From positions 32,001-96,000 of the forward strand of contig CAVONQ010000006.1 of assembly GCA_963697335.1 (NCBI GenBank): a stretch of 64,000 nt of DNA, in the 5' to 3' direction. Position numbers and translations under genes: made by a program. A model generated the notes under the pieces. It worked only from the letters and a program-made list of their open reading frames with translations, was not told where the DNA came from and did no database searches. This document shows, in pieces, positions 29,395 through 39,141 of this stretch. The first letter of the stretch is position 1; the number at the start of each line of letters is the position of its first letter. This DNA comes from an uncultured cyanobacterium (GTDB lineage Bacteria > Cyanobacteriota > Cyanobacteriia > PCC-6307 > Cyanobiaceae).

Positions 29395-29447
29395 CGGAGG
29401 GGCGGTGAGTAGGATCAAGTGACCACATCACCCACCTTGCCTCCCGT

Positions 29448-29603
29448 ATGGCCAAGCGCAGGAATCTGAAGAAGGAAAAGCAAGAACGCAACCGTGCCTA
29501 CGCGCGCAAGTTCAAGAAGCGCAAGCTGCGCAATGACGGCCGCGGTGAAGGCGTGGGTAACGGCGTGACCGGCACGGCCAACAACGGCGGCGCCGCCGAC
29601 TGA
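29448..29603 (+). CDS. 51-aa Lys/Arg-rich small protein MAKRRNLKKEKQERNRAYARKFKKRKLRNDGRGEGVGNGVTGTANNGGAAD (not in the ORF track)
   Basis: ATG 29448 to TGA 29601-29603; codons typical of highly expressed genes (AAG, AAC, CGC); TAGGAT -10-like hexamer at 29410-29415; terminator downstream. Confidence 0.8.
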   Translation: MAKRRNLKKEKQERNRAYARKFKKRKLRNDGRGEGVGNGVTGTANNGGAAD

Positions 29604-29660
29604 CCAGTCGGCCTTGATTTCGGGCGGCTCGGTGGCTGAACAGCTCCCCAGGCCAGAGCA

Positions 29661-29686
29661 GGGACCCATGAGGGTCCCTTTCTCTT
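29661..29686 (+). terminator. Rho-independent terminator after the 51-aa ORF
   Basis: GGGACCC-ATGA-GGGTCCC followed by TTTCTCTT. Confidence 0.75.
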
Positions 29687-29783
29687 GGGCCTCCCCTCGA
29701 CCGTGACGATCGGACCGGGATGATCGAACCGTGATGATGGTGGCCAGGTCATGGCGCCCGGATCGGTGCGCTGCAGCGGGTCC

Positions 29784-30716
29784 ATGTTTCTCAGTGTCGT
29801 CATCCCCACCTACAACCGCCTGCCGATCCTGCAGAAGTGCCTGGCGGCTCTGGAGGATCAGGATTTCCCCGCCAGCGCGGGCAACTATGAGGTGGTGGTG
29901 GTGGATGACGGCTCCACCGACGCCACCGTGGCCTGGATCGAGGCCCAGGGCGTGGCCCTGCCCCACGTGCGCCTGCTGCAGCAGAGCCATGGCGGTCCGG
30001 CCGCCGGCCGCAACCGTGGCGTGGAGGCCGCCCGGGGTGAGGTGGTGGTGTTCATCGACAGCGACCTGGTGGTGACCCCGAGCTTCCTGCTCTGTCATGC
30101 CCAGGCCCTGGAGCAGGCCTGGCAGCGCCTCGGCCACCGGCGCTGCTTCACCTACGGGGCCGTGATCAACACCTCCAATTTCACCGAGCCCACGGCGGAG
30201 CGCCACAAGCTGCGCGATCACTCCTGGGCCTATTTCGCCACCGGCAATGTGGCCATTGCCCGCGAGCTGCTGGAGCAGGCCGGGCTGTTCGACACCAACT
30301 TCCGGCTCTATGGCTGGGAGGATCTGGAGCTGGGCGAACGGCTCAGGCGCCTGGGGGTGTCGCTGATCCGCTGCCCTGAAGCGGTGGGGTACCACTGGCA
30401 CCCGGCCTTCCGGCTGGAGCAGATCGCCGACCTGATCCGGGTGGAGCGGGAGCGGGCCAAGATGGCGCTGGTGTTCTTCCGCAAGCACCCCAGCCAGCGG
30501 GTGCGGATGATCACCCAGTTCACCTGGTATCACCGCCTGCTCTGGGATCTGCTCACCCTGGGCGGTCTGCTCAATGAGCGCAGCCTCAGGCCCGTGCTGG
30601 CCTGGCTGGTGCACCGCAATCGGGCGGCCCTGGCTCTCGAGCTGTTGCGCATCCCCCTCAATCGCCTCGGGGTGCACACCCTGCAGGTGGAAGCACGGCG
30701 CCAGGGCCTGGCCTGA
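29784..30716 (+). CDS. Glycosyltransferase family 2
   Basis: SVVIPTYNR, VVDDGSTD, GPAAGRNRG, FIDSD, YGWEDLELG. Confidence 0.93.
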   Translation: MFLSVVIPTYNRLPILQKCLAALEDQDFPASAGNYEVVVVDDGSTDATVAWIEAQGVALPHVRLLQQSHGGPAAGRNRGVEAARGEVVVFIDSDLVVTPSFLLCHAQALEQAWQRLGHRRCFTYGAVINTSNFTEPTAERHKLRDHSWAYFATGNVAIARELLEQAGLFDTNFRLYGWEDLELGERLRRLGVSLIRCPEAVGYHWHPAFRLEQIADLIRVERERAKMALVFFRKHPSQRVRMITQFTWYHRLLWDLLTLGGLLNERSLRPVLAWLVHRNRAALALELLRIPLNRLGVHTLQVEARRQGLA

Positions 30717-30777
30717 CCGGGTGTCCAGCAGTCCGTGAGACATCGCTTTGGTAGGGTGCTTGGGTCCAACTTCATTC

Positions 30778-30905
30778 CGCACACCTGCGTGTTTCGGGTG
30801 ATCACGGGCTCCAACCCAACCGCAGACGCCACCGCGATCGGTGCTGCCTGCGGAGAGTGGAGCACTTCGATCCCTAGGCAGGTGGAGGCAAACCCGAAAC
30901 CCCCC
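30778..30905 (+). promoter_or_regulatory. rpsB (S2) autoregulatory 5' leader RNA with pseudoknot
   Basis: CACCTGC (30782-88) pairs with GCAGGTG (30878-84); GTTTCGGGT (30791-99) pairs with ACCCGAAAC (30892-900) in crossed order; carries the CACAC...GTGGAGGC S2-leader hallmarks. Confidence 0.8.
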
Positions 30906-30910
30906 ACACC

Positions 30911-31621
30911 ATGGCTGTTGTCACTCTCTCCGAAATGATGGAGGCTGGCGCCCACTTTGGGCACCAGACCCGTCGTTGGAACCCCAAGATGTCGCGCTAC
31001 ATCTATTGCGCGCGCAATGGGGTTCACATCATCGACCTCGTGCAGACCGCCGTCTGCATGAACAACGCCTACAAGTGGGTCCGCAGCGCGGCCCGCAGTG
31101 GCAAGCGCTTTCTGTTCGTGGGCACCAAGAAGCAGGCCTCCGAAGTGATCGCCCTGGAGGCCACCCGTTGTGGTGCTGCCTACGTGAACCAGCGCTGGCT
31201 GGGCGGCATGCTCACCAACTGGACCACGATGCGGGCCCGGATCGAGCGCCTCAAGGATCTGGAACGCATGGAGTCATCAGGCGCCATCGCCATGCGTCCC
31301 AAGAAGGAAGGCGCCGTGCTGCGCCGCGAGCTCGACCGTCTCCAGAAGTATCTGGGTGGACTGAAGAACATGCGTCGCCTGCCCGATGTGGTGGTGCTGG
31401 TGGACCAGCGCCGCGAAACCAATGCCGTGCTCGAGGCCCGCAAGCTCGATATTCCCCTGGTGTCGATGCTCGACACCAACTGCGATCCCGATCTCTGCGA
31501 CGTTCCCATTCCGTGCAACGACGACGCCGTGCGTTCGGTGCAACTGGTGTTGGGCCGGCTGGCTGATGCCATCAACGAAGGTCGCCACGGCAGCGACCAG
31601 GGTCAGAACGACGAGGCCTGA
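30911..31621 (+). CDS. rpsB: 30S ribosomal protein S2
   Basis: [47 protein letters not shown]. Confidence 0.99.
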   Translation: MAVVTLSEMMEAGAHFGHQTRRWNPKMSRYIYCARNGVHIIDLVQTAVCMNNAYKWVRSAARSGKRFLFVGTKKQASEVIALEATRCGAAYVNQRWLGGMLTNWTTMRARIERLKDLERMESSGAIAMRPKKEGAVLRRELDRLQKYLGGLKNMRRLPDVVVLVDQRRETNAVLEARKLDIPLVSMLDTNCDPDLCDVPIPCNDDAVRSVQLVLGRLADAINEGRHGSDQGQNDEA

Positions 31622-31691
31622 GCAGAGCAGCCTGAGCCAGAGCACGTACTCCGCCCCCTGAACCACACCTTTCACCCTGAGTTCCTCACCC

Positions 31692-32348
31692 ATGGCTGAG
31701 ATTTCAGCAAAACTGGTCAAAGACCTGCGCGACAAGACCGGCGCCGGCATGATGGATTGCAAGAAGGCGCTCACCGAAACCAAGGGAGATGCCGACAAAG
31801 CCATCGAATGGCTGCGCCAGAAGGGCATCGCCTCCGCCGAGAAGAAATCCGGCCGCACTGCTGCGGAAGGCGCCGTCGGCTCCTACATCCACACTGGTGC
31901 TCGGGTTGGCGTGCTGGTGGAGGTGAACTGCGAAACCGATTTTGTGGCCCGCGGCGAAATCTTCCAGGAGCTGATCCGCAATGTGGCCATGCAGATCGCA
32001 GCCTGCCCTTCGGTGGAATACGTCACCACGGATGCAATTCCAGCTCAGATCGCTGAGCGGGAAAAACAGATCGAGATGGGCCGCGATGATCTGGCCGGCA
32101 AGAAGGAGGAGATGAAGGAAAAGATCGTGGCGGGCCGGATCGGTAAGCGCCTCAAGGAACTGGCCCTGATGGATCAGCCCTACATCAAGGACAACAGCCT
32201 CAGTGTGGCTGAGCTGGTCAAGCAGGTGGCCGGCAAAGTGGGGGAAAACATCCAGGTGCGCCGCTTCGTTCGCTTCAATCTCGGTGAGGGGATTGAAGTG
32301 AAGCAAACGGACTTCGCCGCCGAGGTGGCCGCCATGCAGGCCTCCTGA
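31692..32348 (+). CDS. tsf: Elongation factor Ts
   Basis: [37 protein letters not shown]. Confidence 0.99.
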   Translation: MAEISAKLVKDLRDKTGAGMMDCKKALTETKGDADKAIEWLRQKGIASAEKKSGRTAAEGAVGSYIHTGARVGVLVEVNCETDFVARGEIFQELIRNVAMQIAACPSVEYVTTDAIPAQIAEREKQIEMGRDDLAGKKEEMKEKIVAGRIGKRLKELALMDQPYIKDNSLSVAELVKQVAGKVGENIQVRRFVRFNLGEGIEVKQTDFAAEVAAMQAS

Positions 32349-32406
32349 GCTGCTGGCCCCCGACCCGATCCGATCCATTCCAGCGGACCATTCCGCTCCC
32401 CCTGCC

Positions 32407-33630
32407 GTGGATGCTCTCCAGGATGCCCACCGCAGTTTGGCTGCCATGAGGGCGGGGTTGGAGCAATCCAACCCCGAGCTCTACCGACATCTGGCGCTCT
32501 ACCTCCAGGTGCTCAGAGACGGCCTGCTGAATGCGATTCAGCAGGCCTGTTTTCATCTGGCCACTCAGATCGAACCGGAGCGCTACTCCCATCTCTCGGC
32601 CCGGCAGCGCCGGCAGTTGCATCTGCGCATGGCCGACCTGGCCCGGCGGGCCAGGACCCTGCTGACGGTGGAGCAGGTGGCGGCCATGGCGGCCCAGTTG
32701 GCCAGGCTGCGCCAGCGCCAGGCCCGGGAGGAGCGGGCCCACTTCCAGGACTCCCTGGCCCAGGAGCCTCGCCCAGCCGAATCGGGTGCTTCCGAGCGGC
32801 CGTGGTCGTCGGGCCGCTCGATCGAGCTGGGTCTGGCGCCACCGATCGATCTCCAGCGGTTGGGCTCCAGCGGCCCCGATCTGTCGGGACTGCTGCAGGG
32901 GCTTGGCCCAGGTTTGAGTGCAGGGTTCAAGCCGGGATTCAGCCCGGACTTCAGGCCTGAGCCTGCCCCCCAGGATTCCACCGAGCCCTCTCCCTCAGAG
33001 CCTGTGCCATCGGAGCAGGCCGCAGCGGATGCCGCCCCTGGTCAGAGCCTCCAGGCCATGCTGCAGGCCTTCTCCGAGGCCCTCGAGGCCGAGGGCCCCG
33101 AGCGGCCTGCACCGCCAGCTGCTGATGCCGAGGACGCCGACCGCCATCCCTGGAGCGGCAGCCGCCTGCCCACCGACCCCATCGACCTGCTCGTCTGGCT
33201 GGAGGGCTACGAGAGTGCCCTCACCCGGCGACTGCGCAATCTCTCCCATGCCCTCAACGTCGACTGCCTGCGGCTGGGCGTGACACGGGGGCTGTTGCCG
33301 GTGGGTCTGCTGGATGCGGCCCTGCAGGGTGAGGTGGACGTGCTGCCTGCCCCACCCAACCTGCTGCGGCTGCAGGTGCCGGCGGAGGAGAACGGCTCGG
33401 GGCCCTCCATCGCGTTGGTGGCGGTGCTGCTGCGGCTCGCTGATCTGGAGCTGGAGAACCCTCGCCTGCGCACATGCCGGCAGCGGCTGCAGCAACACGG
33501 CCTGGAGGTGCGCAGAATGGCGGAGCGTTACCGCCGGGTCCAGCGGCGGGTGCGGATCCTGGAGGCGGAGCAGCTGTGGCTGGAGGACAACCGGGAGTCC
33601 ACCGGTCGCCCCCCCCAGGGCAACCCCTAG
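32407..33630 (+). CDS. Conserved hypothetical protein between tsf and recG
   Basis: 407-aa ORF; helical ends, Pro-rich low-complexity middle, C-terminal coiled coil. Confidence 0.7.
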   Translation: MDALQDAHRSLAAMRAGLEQSNPELYRHLALYLQVLRDGLLNAIQQACFHLATQIEPERYSHLSARQRRQLHLRMADLARRARTLLTVEQVAAMAAQLARLRQRQAREERAHFQDSLAQEPRPAESGASERPWSSGRSIELGLAPPIDLQRLGSSGPDLSGLLQGLGPGLSAGFKPGFSPDFRPEPAPQDSTEPSPSEPVPSEQAAADAAPGQSLQAMLQAFSEALEAEGPERPAPPAADAEDADRHPWSGSRLPTDPIDLLVWLEGYESALTRRLRNLSHALNVDCLRLGVTRGLLPVGLLDAALQGEVDVLPAPPNLLRLQVPAEENGSGPSIALVAVLLRLADLELENPRLRTCRQRLQQHGLEVRRMAERYRRVQRRVRILEAEQLWLEDNRESTGRPPQGNP

Positions 33631-36113
33631 ACGCCGCGCCCGCCCCCCCCGGCCCTGATCCAGTCACCGAGTGGCTGCGCCTCCTGCAGCAGGCGCTGCT
33701 GCTGGAGAGTGAACGCGGTTTCGCTGATCTGCTGGGAAGGCGGGAGCGGTTCAGCTGTTTTCTGGCCCGCAGTCTGCAGGCCCCTCCCCAGGGCATCACT
33801 TCAGGGCGCACCCGCTGCCTCGAACTTGGCGCTGCCTTTGCGGGCTACCCGGAGTTGAGTCCGGCGCGGCGCCAGAGCCTGGTGCGCGACTGCCGCCAGC
33901 ATCTGCACCACCTGCGCCAGGGCCTGGAGCCAGCCAGGCCGATGGGTCCGCCCCGGCTGCGGCTCAACGCTGGGCCACCGCCTTCGGCGCCCTCAGCCGC
34001 CAGCCGCCTGCTCCCCGACACGCCCCTGGGGGAGATCCGAGGCGTCGGACCGCGCACGGCAGCCCGACTGGCCCAGCTGGGTCTGTTCGTGGTGCGCGAC
34101 CTGGTGCACTACTACCCTCGCGACTATCTCGACTACGCCAACCTGGTGCGCATCGAGGGGCTGCGAGCCGGCAGCACCGCCACCATCGTGGCCACGGTGC
34201 GCCGCTGCCATGCCTTCGCCAGCCCCCGCAACCCCAACCTGGCGATCCTGGAGCTGCAGCTCAGCGATCCCACCGGCCGCCTGCGGGTGAGTCGCTTCAT
34301 GGCCGGCAGGCGCTTCACCAGCCCTGGCTGGTTGAAGAGTCAGCAGCGCCTCTATCCGCCTGGCGCCAGCCTGGCCGTGAGCGGACTGGTGCGCGAGACG
34401 CCCTATGGCCTGGCGTTTCAGGACCCGTTGATCGAAGTGCTGGAGAGCCCCCAGGCGCCGCTGCGTTCCGAGGCGATCGGCCGGCTGTTGCCGGTCTACG
34501 GGCTCACTGAGGGCCTCGGCGCCGACAGGCTGCGCCAGGCCGTGGCCGGCGTGCTGCCCCTCGTGGAGGCGTGGGGAGACCCCCTGCCGCCGTCCCTGCG
34601 CCGCAGCGAGGGCCTGATGGCCAGGCCTGAGGCCCTGCGCCAGATCCACGCCCCCCTGGATCAGGAGAACCTCAAGGCCAGCCGACAGCGGCTGGTGTTC
34701 GATGAATTCCTGCTGCTGCAGCTGGGCCTGCTGCAGCGCCGCCGCGCCCTCACCGAACGGCCCTCTCCTCCCCTGCAGAGCCCCAGCCGGAGCAGCCTGG
34801 TGGCGAGGTTCCTGGAGCTGCTGCCCTTCCAGCTCACCCCGGCCCAGCAGCGTGTTCTGAAGGAGATCCGTGCCGATCTGGCCCGACCCCAGGCGATGGC
34901 CCGGCTGCTGCAGGGTGATGTGGGCAGCGGCAAGACCGTGGTGGCGATCGCCGCCCTGCTCACCGCCATCGACGCCGGCTGCCAGGGTGCCCTGATGGCC
35001 CCCACGGAGGTGCTGGCCGAGCAGCATTACCAGAAGCTCTGCGGCTGGATGCCCCAGCTCCACGTGACCTGCGGGCTGCTCACCGGCTCCACCCCCGCCC
35101 GCCTGCGCCGCCAGCTGCTCAACGACCTGGCCCAGGGCACCCTGCAGCTGCTGGTGGGCACCCATGCCCTGCTGGAAGACCCTGTGGCCTTTGCCCGGTT
35201 GGGGCTGGTGGTGGTGGATGAACAGCACCGCTTCGGCGTGGCCCAGCGCAATCGACTGCTGGCCAAGGGGTTGCAGCCCCACCTGCTCACCATGACCGCC
35301 ACGCCGATCCCCCGCACCCTGGCCCTGTCGGTGCACGGCGACCTGGAGGTGAGCCAGATCGATGGCCTGCCGCCGGGCCGCACCCCGATTCAGACCCGCC
35401 TGCTGCGGGCCGGGGAGCGGCAGCTCGCCTACGAGCTGATCCGCGAGGAGGTGGCCAGGGGCCAGCGCGCCTACGTGGTGCTGCCCCTGGTGGAGGAGTC
35501 GGAGAAGCTGGACCTGCGCTCCGCCGTGGCCGTGCATCGCCAGCTCAACGAGGAGGTGTTCCCGGAGCTGCAGGTGGGGCTGCTGCACGGGCGCCTGGCG
35601 GGCCCCGACAAGCAGGCCACGCTGCAGGCCTTCGCCCGGGGAGAGAGCCAGGTGTTGGTGAGCACCACCGTGGTGGAGGTGGGCGTGGATGTGCCGGAGG
35701 CGAGCGTGATGGTGGTGGAGCACGCCGAGCGCTTTGGTCTCGCCCAGCTGCACCAGCTCAGGGGCCGGGTGGGCCGGGGCGCGGCGGCCTCCCACTGCCT
35801 GCTCATCAATGACAGCCGCCAGGCCCTGGCCCGGCAGCGGCTCGATGTGCTGGTGCGCTCCAGCGATGGCTTCGAGATCGCCGAGATGGACCTGCGCCTG
35901 CGGGGGCCCGGCCAGGTGCTGGGCACGCGCCAGTCCGGTCTGCCCGATCTGGCCCTGGCCAGCCTCATCGACGACGGCGCCGTGCTGGAGCAGGCCCGCG
36001 AGGTGGCCCGAAGGATCCTGACGGAGGACCCATCCCTCGGGCGCCACCCCCAGCTGCTGGCCATGCTCCAGAGCCAGCGCGCCAGGTTGAGTGCCGGCGC
36101 CCGGCTGAACTGA
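33576..36113 (+). CDS. recG: ATP-dependent DNA helicase RecG
   Basis: YYPRDYLD, RLLQGDVGSGKT, MAPTEVLAEQH, DEQHRFG, MTATPIPRT, QLHQLRGRVGRG; start uncertain (GTG 33576). Confidence 0.96.
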   Translation: MAGGQPGVHRSPPPGQPLDAAPAPPGPDPVTEWLRLLQQALLLESERGFADLLGRRERFSCFLARSLQAPPQGITSGRTRCLELGAAFAGYPELSPARRQSLVRDCRQHLHHLRQGLEPARPMGPPRLRLNAGPPPSAPSAASRLLPDTPLGEIRGVGPRTAARLAQLGLFVVRDLVHYYPRDYLDYANLVRIEGLRAGSTATIVATVRRCHAFASPRNPNLAILELQLSDPTGRLRVSRFMAGRRFTSPGWLKSQQRLYPPGASLAVSGLVRETPYGLAFQDPLIEVLESPQAPLRSEAIGRLLPVYGLTEGLGADRLRQAVAGVLPLVEAWGDPLPPSLRRSEGLMARPEALRQIHAPLDQENLKASRQRLVFDEFLLLQLGLLQRRRALTERPSPPLQSPSRSSLVARFLELLPFQLTPAQQRVLKEIRADLARPQAMARLLQGDVGSGKTVVAIAALLTAIDAGCQGALMAPTEVLAEQHYQKLCGWMPQLHVTCGLLTGSTPARLRRQLLNDLAQGTLQLLVGTHALLEDPVAFARLGLVVVDEQHRFGVAQRNRLLAKGLQPHLLTMTATPIPRTLALSVHGDLEVSQIDGLPPGRTPIQTRLLRAGERQLAYELIREEVARGQRAYVVLPLVEESEKLDLRSAVAVHRQLNEEVFPELQVGLLHGRLAGPDKQATLQAFARGESQVLVSTTVVEVGVDVPEASVMVVEHAERFGLAQLHQLRGRVGRGAAASHCLLINDSRQALARQRLDVLVRSSDGFEIAEMDLRLRGPGQVLGTRQSGLPDLALASLIDDGAVLEQAREVARRILTEDPSLGRHPQLLAMLQSQRARLSAGARLN

Positions 36114-36179
36114 GGGCCGAAGCCCGCTGAACTGAGCGGATCGCCGTCACGCCACACTGAAGGCTGCATTGGAGTGGCG

Positions 36180-36908
36180 ATGCCGCGGCGTCCCTGGAAT
36201 TCCATCCCCATCGAGCCGCGGCGGGATCCCCTGGTTCCCCTGCCGCCCGACCTGTTGCGGCTGGAACCCCACCCCTACACGGCCCTGGGGGCTCCCTACG
36301 GCCCTGGAGGATCGCCATTCCAGCTGCGTCAGGAGGTGATCGACCGACTGCTGGACTCCCAGGAGGCCCTGCAGGAACAGCAGCCCGACTGGCGCCTGGC
36401 CATCTTTGACGGCTGGCGCCCCCTGGCGGTGCAGGCCTTCATGGTGGAGCACACCGTGCTCGAGCTGTGCCGCAAGCGCGGTGTGGATCCGGCCGAAACC
36501 AGCTCTGCCCGGGAGGCCGTGACGGCCGAGGTGGGGCGCTTCTGGGCCTCTCCTGACCCGGATCCAGCCGCCCCGCCCCCCCACAGCACCGGGGCTGCCG
36601 TGGACCTCACCATCGTCGACCACAGGGGCCTGCCCCTGGACATGGGCTCTGCGATCGACGCCATCGGAGCCGTGTCCTCCCCGGACCACTTCGAGGCGGT
36701 GGCCCAGGAAGCGGCCAAGCCGGCCCAGCGCACCTGGGCCAGGGGCTGCCACAGGCGGCGGCGGCTGCTGCGTCAGGTGCTGCAGCAGGCCGGCTTCGCC
36801 CAGCACCCGAATGAGTGGTGGCACTTCAGCTGGGGCGATCAGCTCTGGGCCTGGAGCCGGGGCGAAGCCCAGGCCTGCTACGGGCGGGTGGAGCCCGAGC
36901 CAGGCTGA
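36180..36908 (+). CDS. ddpX: D-Ala-D-Ala dipeptidase (M15D, VanX/DdpX-like)
   Basis: IFDGWRP, PPHSTGAAVDLT, EWWHFS. Confidence 0.88.
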   Translation: MPRRPWNSIPIEPRRDPLVPLPPDLLRLEPHPYTALGAPYGPGGSPFQLRQEVIDRLLDSQEALQEQQPDWRLAIFDGWRPLAVQAFMVEHTVLELCRKRGVDPAETSSAREAVTAEVGRFWASPDPDPAAPPPHSTGAAVDLTIVDHRGLPLDMGSAIDAIGAVSSPDHFEAVAQEAAKPAQRTWARGCHRRRRLLRQVLQQAGFAQHPNEWWHFSWGDQLWAWSRGEAQACYGRVEPEPG

Positions 36909-37309
36909 ACTGGCGCCGGCTGCGCTGAGGACGCCGCCGGCGCCATCAGGTCCAGGTAGAGCGCGTTGGCCTCATCGCGCTGCATCAGACCCTTGGCCAC
37001 GCAGCGCCGCAGGCTGGAGGCCGTCATCTCCACCTGCAGGGTCCTGAGCCGGGCGATCACGGCCGGGCTCTGGTCAGCGAAGGGCTCCAGGTGGCGTTCG
37101 AACGCCTCGCGGATCGCCGCGGCTTGGCAGCTGAGGGGATCTGGGTCGTAGATCGTCGGTGTGGAGGGGGGCGGCGTCGGCGTCCTCCTGCCCTGGGCGT
37201 GGGCGGCCAGGGGCGTGACGCTGGCGACGCTGAGCAGGGCCAGAGCGAGCGATGCGGCCCTCAGCTGGGGATTGCCGCAGGGGCGACTGCGCCACAGAAC
37301 CTTGCCCAC
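36878..37309 (-). CDS. Hypothetical exported protein
   Basis: Signal-peptide-like ALALLSVASVTPLAAHA; Cys pair (LSCQ...RRCV); follows sir. Confidence 0.6.
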   Translation of the reverse strand: MGKVLWRSRPCGNPQLRAASLALALLSVASVTPLAAHAQGRRTPTPPPSTPTIYDPDPLSCQAAAIREAFERHLEPFADQSPAVIARLRTLQVEMTASSLRRCVAKGLMQRDEANALYLDLMAPAASSAQPAPVQPGSGSTRP

Positions 37310-37310
37310 C

Positions 37311-39032
37311 TCAGGCTGCAGCCAGCAGGGCCTGCACCGCGGGCCGTCCGCTGCTGGCCACGAAGTCGCCGAAGCTCAACCGGCCCCCGGCGGCCTGCCA
37401 GGCCCGCAACAGCGGTTCGAGGGTCTGCTCCAGGTCGTCGAGGGGCATCTTCTCGAGGTAGGGCTCGGCCAGCCGGCTGAGGTTGGGGGTGCCCCCCAGC
37501 CACAGCTGGTACTGGTTGACGCCGCTGCCCACCAGCCCGATCTCCGCCATGTAGGGACGGGCGCAGCCGTTAGGACAGCCCGTCATCCTCACCAGCACCG
37601 GCTTGCTGATGGCGAGCTCCTGCATGAGGTTGTCGAGCCGGCCGATCACATCGGGCAGGATGCGCTCGGCCTCGGTGACGGCCAGGCCGCACAGGGGCAG
37701 GGCCGGGCAGGCCAGGGCATGGCGCGCCAGGGGCGGCGGCGCGTCCGGTGTCTCGAAGCCGAGGGCAACCAGCTCGGCCCGGATGCTGGCCTTCTGGGCG
37801 GTGCCGATGTTGCAGAGCAGCAGATCCTGGTTGGGCGTGAGCCGCAGATCCAGCTTGTAGGTGTCCACGAGGTGGCGCAGGCCACGCTTGAGCTCGCCGC
37901 CGATGCGGCCGCAGAGCACCGGCAGGCCCACGAACCAGAGCCCCGGGCTCTGGCGGTGCCAGCCCAGGTAGTCCTCCAGGCGGGGCTTGGGCTCCTGGCG
38001 CATGGCCTTGATCGGATGGGCGAAGTAGCGTTGCTGCAGCTCCTGGCGGAACCAGTCCACGCCCCGGTCGTGGATGAGGTATTTCATCCGAGCGTGGCGG
38101 CGTTGGTCGCGGTCGCCGTGGTCCCGCTGCAGGGCCACGATGGCCTGCACCAGGTCCAGGATGTGCTCATAGGCCACCGAACCGAGCGGGTCGGCGGTGC
38201 GGGCGAAGGTCTCCTCCTTGTTGTGGGTGCGGCCCATGCCGCCTCCCACGTAGACGTTGGCCACCAGGGGCCGGCCCTGGGGGTCGCAGAACAGCACCAG
38301 GCCGATGTCCTGGGTGAGCAGATCCACCGAGTTGTCCCCCGGCACGGTCACCGCCACCTTGAACTTGCGCGGCAGATAGGTGCCGCCATAGAGCGGCTCG
38401 GCGGCATCACCGCTGAACACGGCACCCTCGGCCTGGCGGGCCTTGGCCCGGCGCACCGGCAGGTTCGGTTTGATGCGGTAGCTCAGGTCGCCGTCCACCC
38501 ACAGGTCGAGGTACGACCCCTCGGCGGCCTGGGGAGCCAGGAGGTCGGCGATGGCGTCAGCGAGATCGCGGGCCGCCGGGTAACCGCCCTTGCTGAAGGG
38601 GGCGGCGGGCGCCATCACGTTGCGGTTGATGTCCCCACAGGCGGCCAGGGTGGAGCCCAGGGAGCGCACGATCGTGCCGATCACCTCCTTGAGGTTGTCC
38701 TTGCGCACCCCATGCATCTGGAAGGCCTGGCGGGTGGTGACCCGCAAGGTGGCGTTGCCGAGCCGATCGGCCAGCTCGTCGATGGCGAGGTAGAGCTGGG
38801 CGGGAACGCGACCAGCCGGGTTGCGCAGGCGCAGCATCATCTGCCACTCCTTCTCCTGGCCCTTCTGGCGCTTGTCGCGGTTGTCCTGCTGATAACTGCC
38901 GTGGAACTTGAGGATCTGGACGGCGCTGTCGGTGAAATTGGGCGCCTGGTTGCCCAGCTCGCTCAGGAGCGGTTCGCGCAGGTGACCACTACTGGCCTTG
39001 AGTTGTTCGAACTTCGTCGGCCCTGACGTCAC
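37311..39032 (-). CDS. sir: Ferredoxin-dependent sulfite reductase (siroheme)
   Basis: QILKFHGSYQQDNRD, TTRQAFQMHG, YLPRKFK, ACPALPLCGLA, MTGCPNGCARP; start approximate. Confidence 0.93.
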   Translation of the reverse strand: MTSGPTKFEQLKASSGHLREPLLSELGNQAPNFTDSAVQILKFHGSYQQDNRDKRQKGQEKEWQMMLRLRNPAGRVPAQLYLAIDELADRLGNATLRVTTRQAFQMHGVRKDNLKEVIGTIVRSLGSTLAACGDINRNVMAPAAPFSKGGYPAARDLADAIADLLAPQAAEGSYLDLWVDGDLSYRIKPNLPVRRAKARQAEGAVFSGDAAEPLYGGTYLPRKFKVAVTVPGDNSVDLLTQDIGLVLFCDPQGRPLVANVYVGGGMGRTHNKEETFARTADPLGSVAYEHILDLVQAIVALQRDHGDRDQRRHARMKYLIHDRGVDWFRQELQQRYFAHPIKAMRQEPKPRLEDYLGWHRQSPGLWFVGLPVLCGRIGGELKRGLRHLVDTYKLDLRLTPNQDLLLCNIGTAQKASIRAELVALGFETPDAPPPLARHALACPALPLCGLAVTEAERILPDVIGRLDNLMQELAISKPVLVRMTGCPNGCARPYMAEIGLVGSGVNQYQLWLGGTPNLSRLAEPYLEKMPLDDLEQTLEPLLRAWQAAGGRLSFGDFVASSGRPAVQALLAAA

Positions 39033-39141
39033 GATTGCGGGAACCACCCAAAAGCCCGTTGACGGTAGCGAACAGGGCCCACCAGCAGTCTGATGGGTCG
39101 CAGACGGCTCCATAAAGTTGGCGGTTGCTGTTGCGGCTGGC

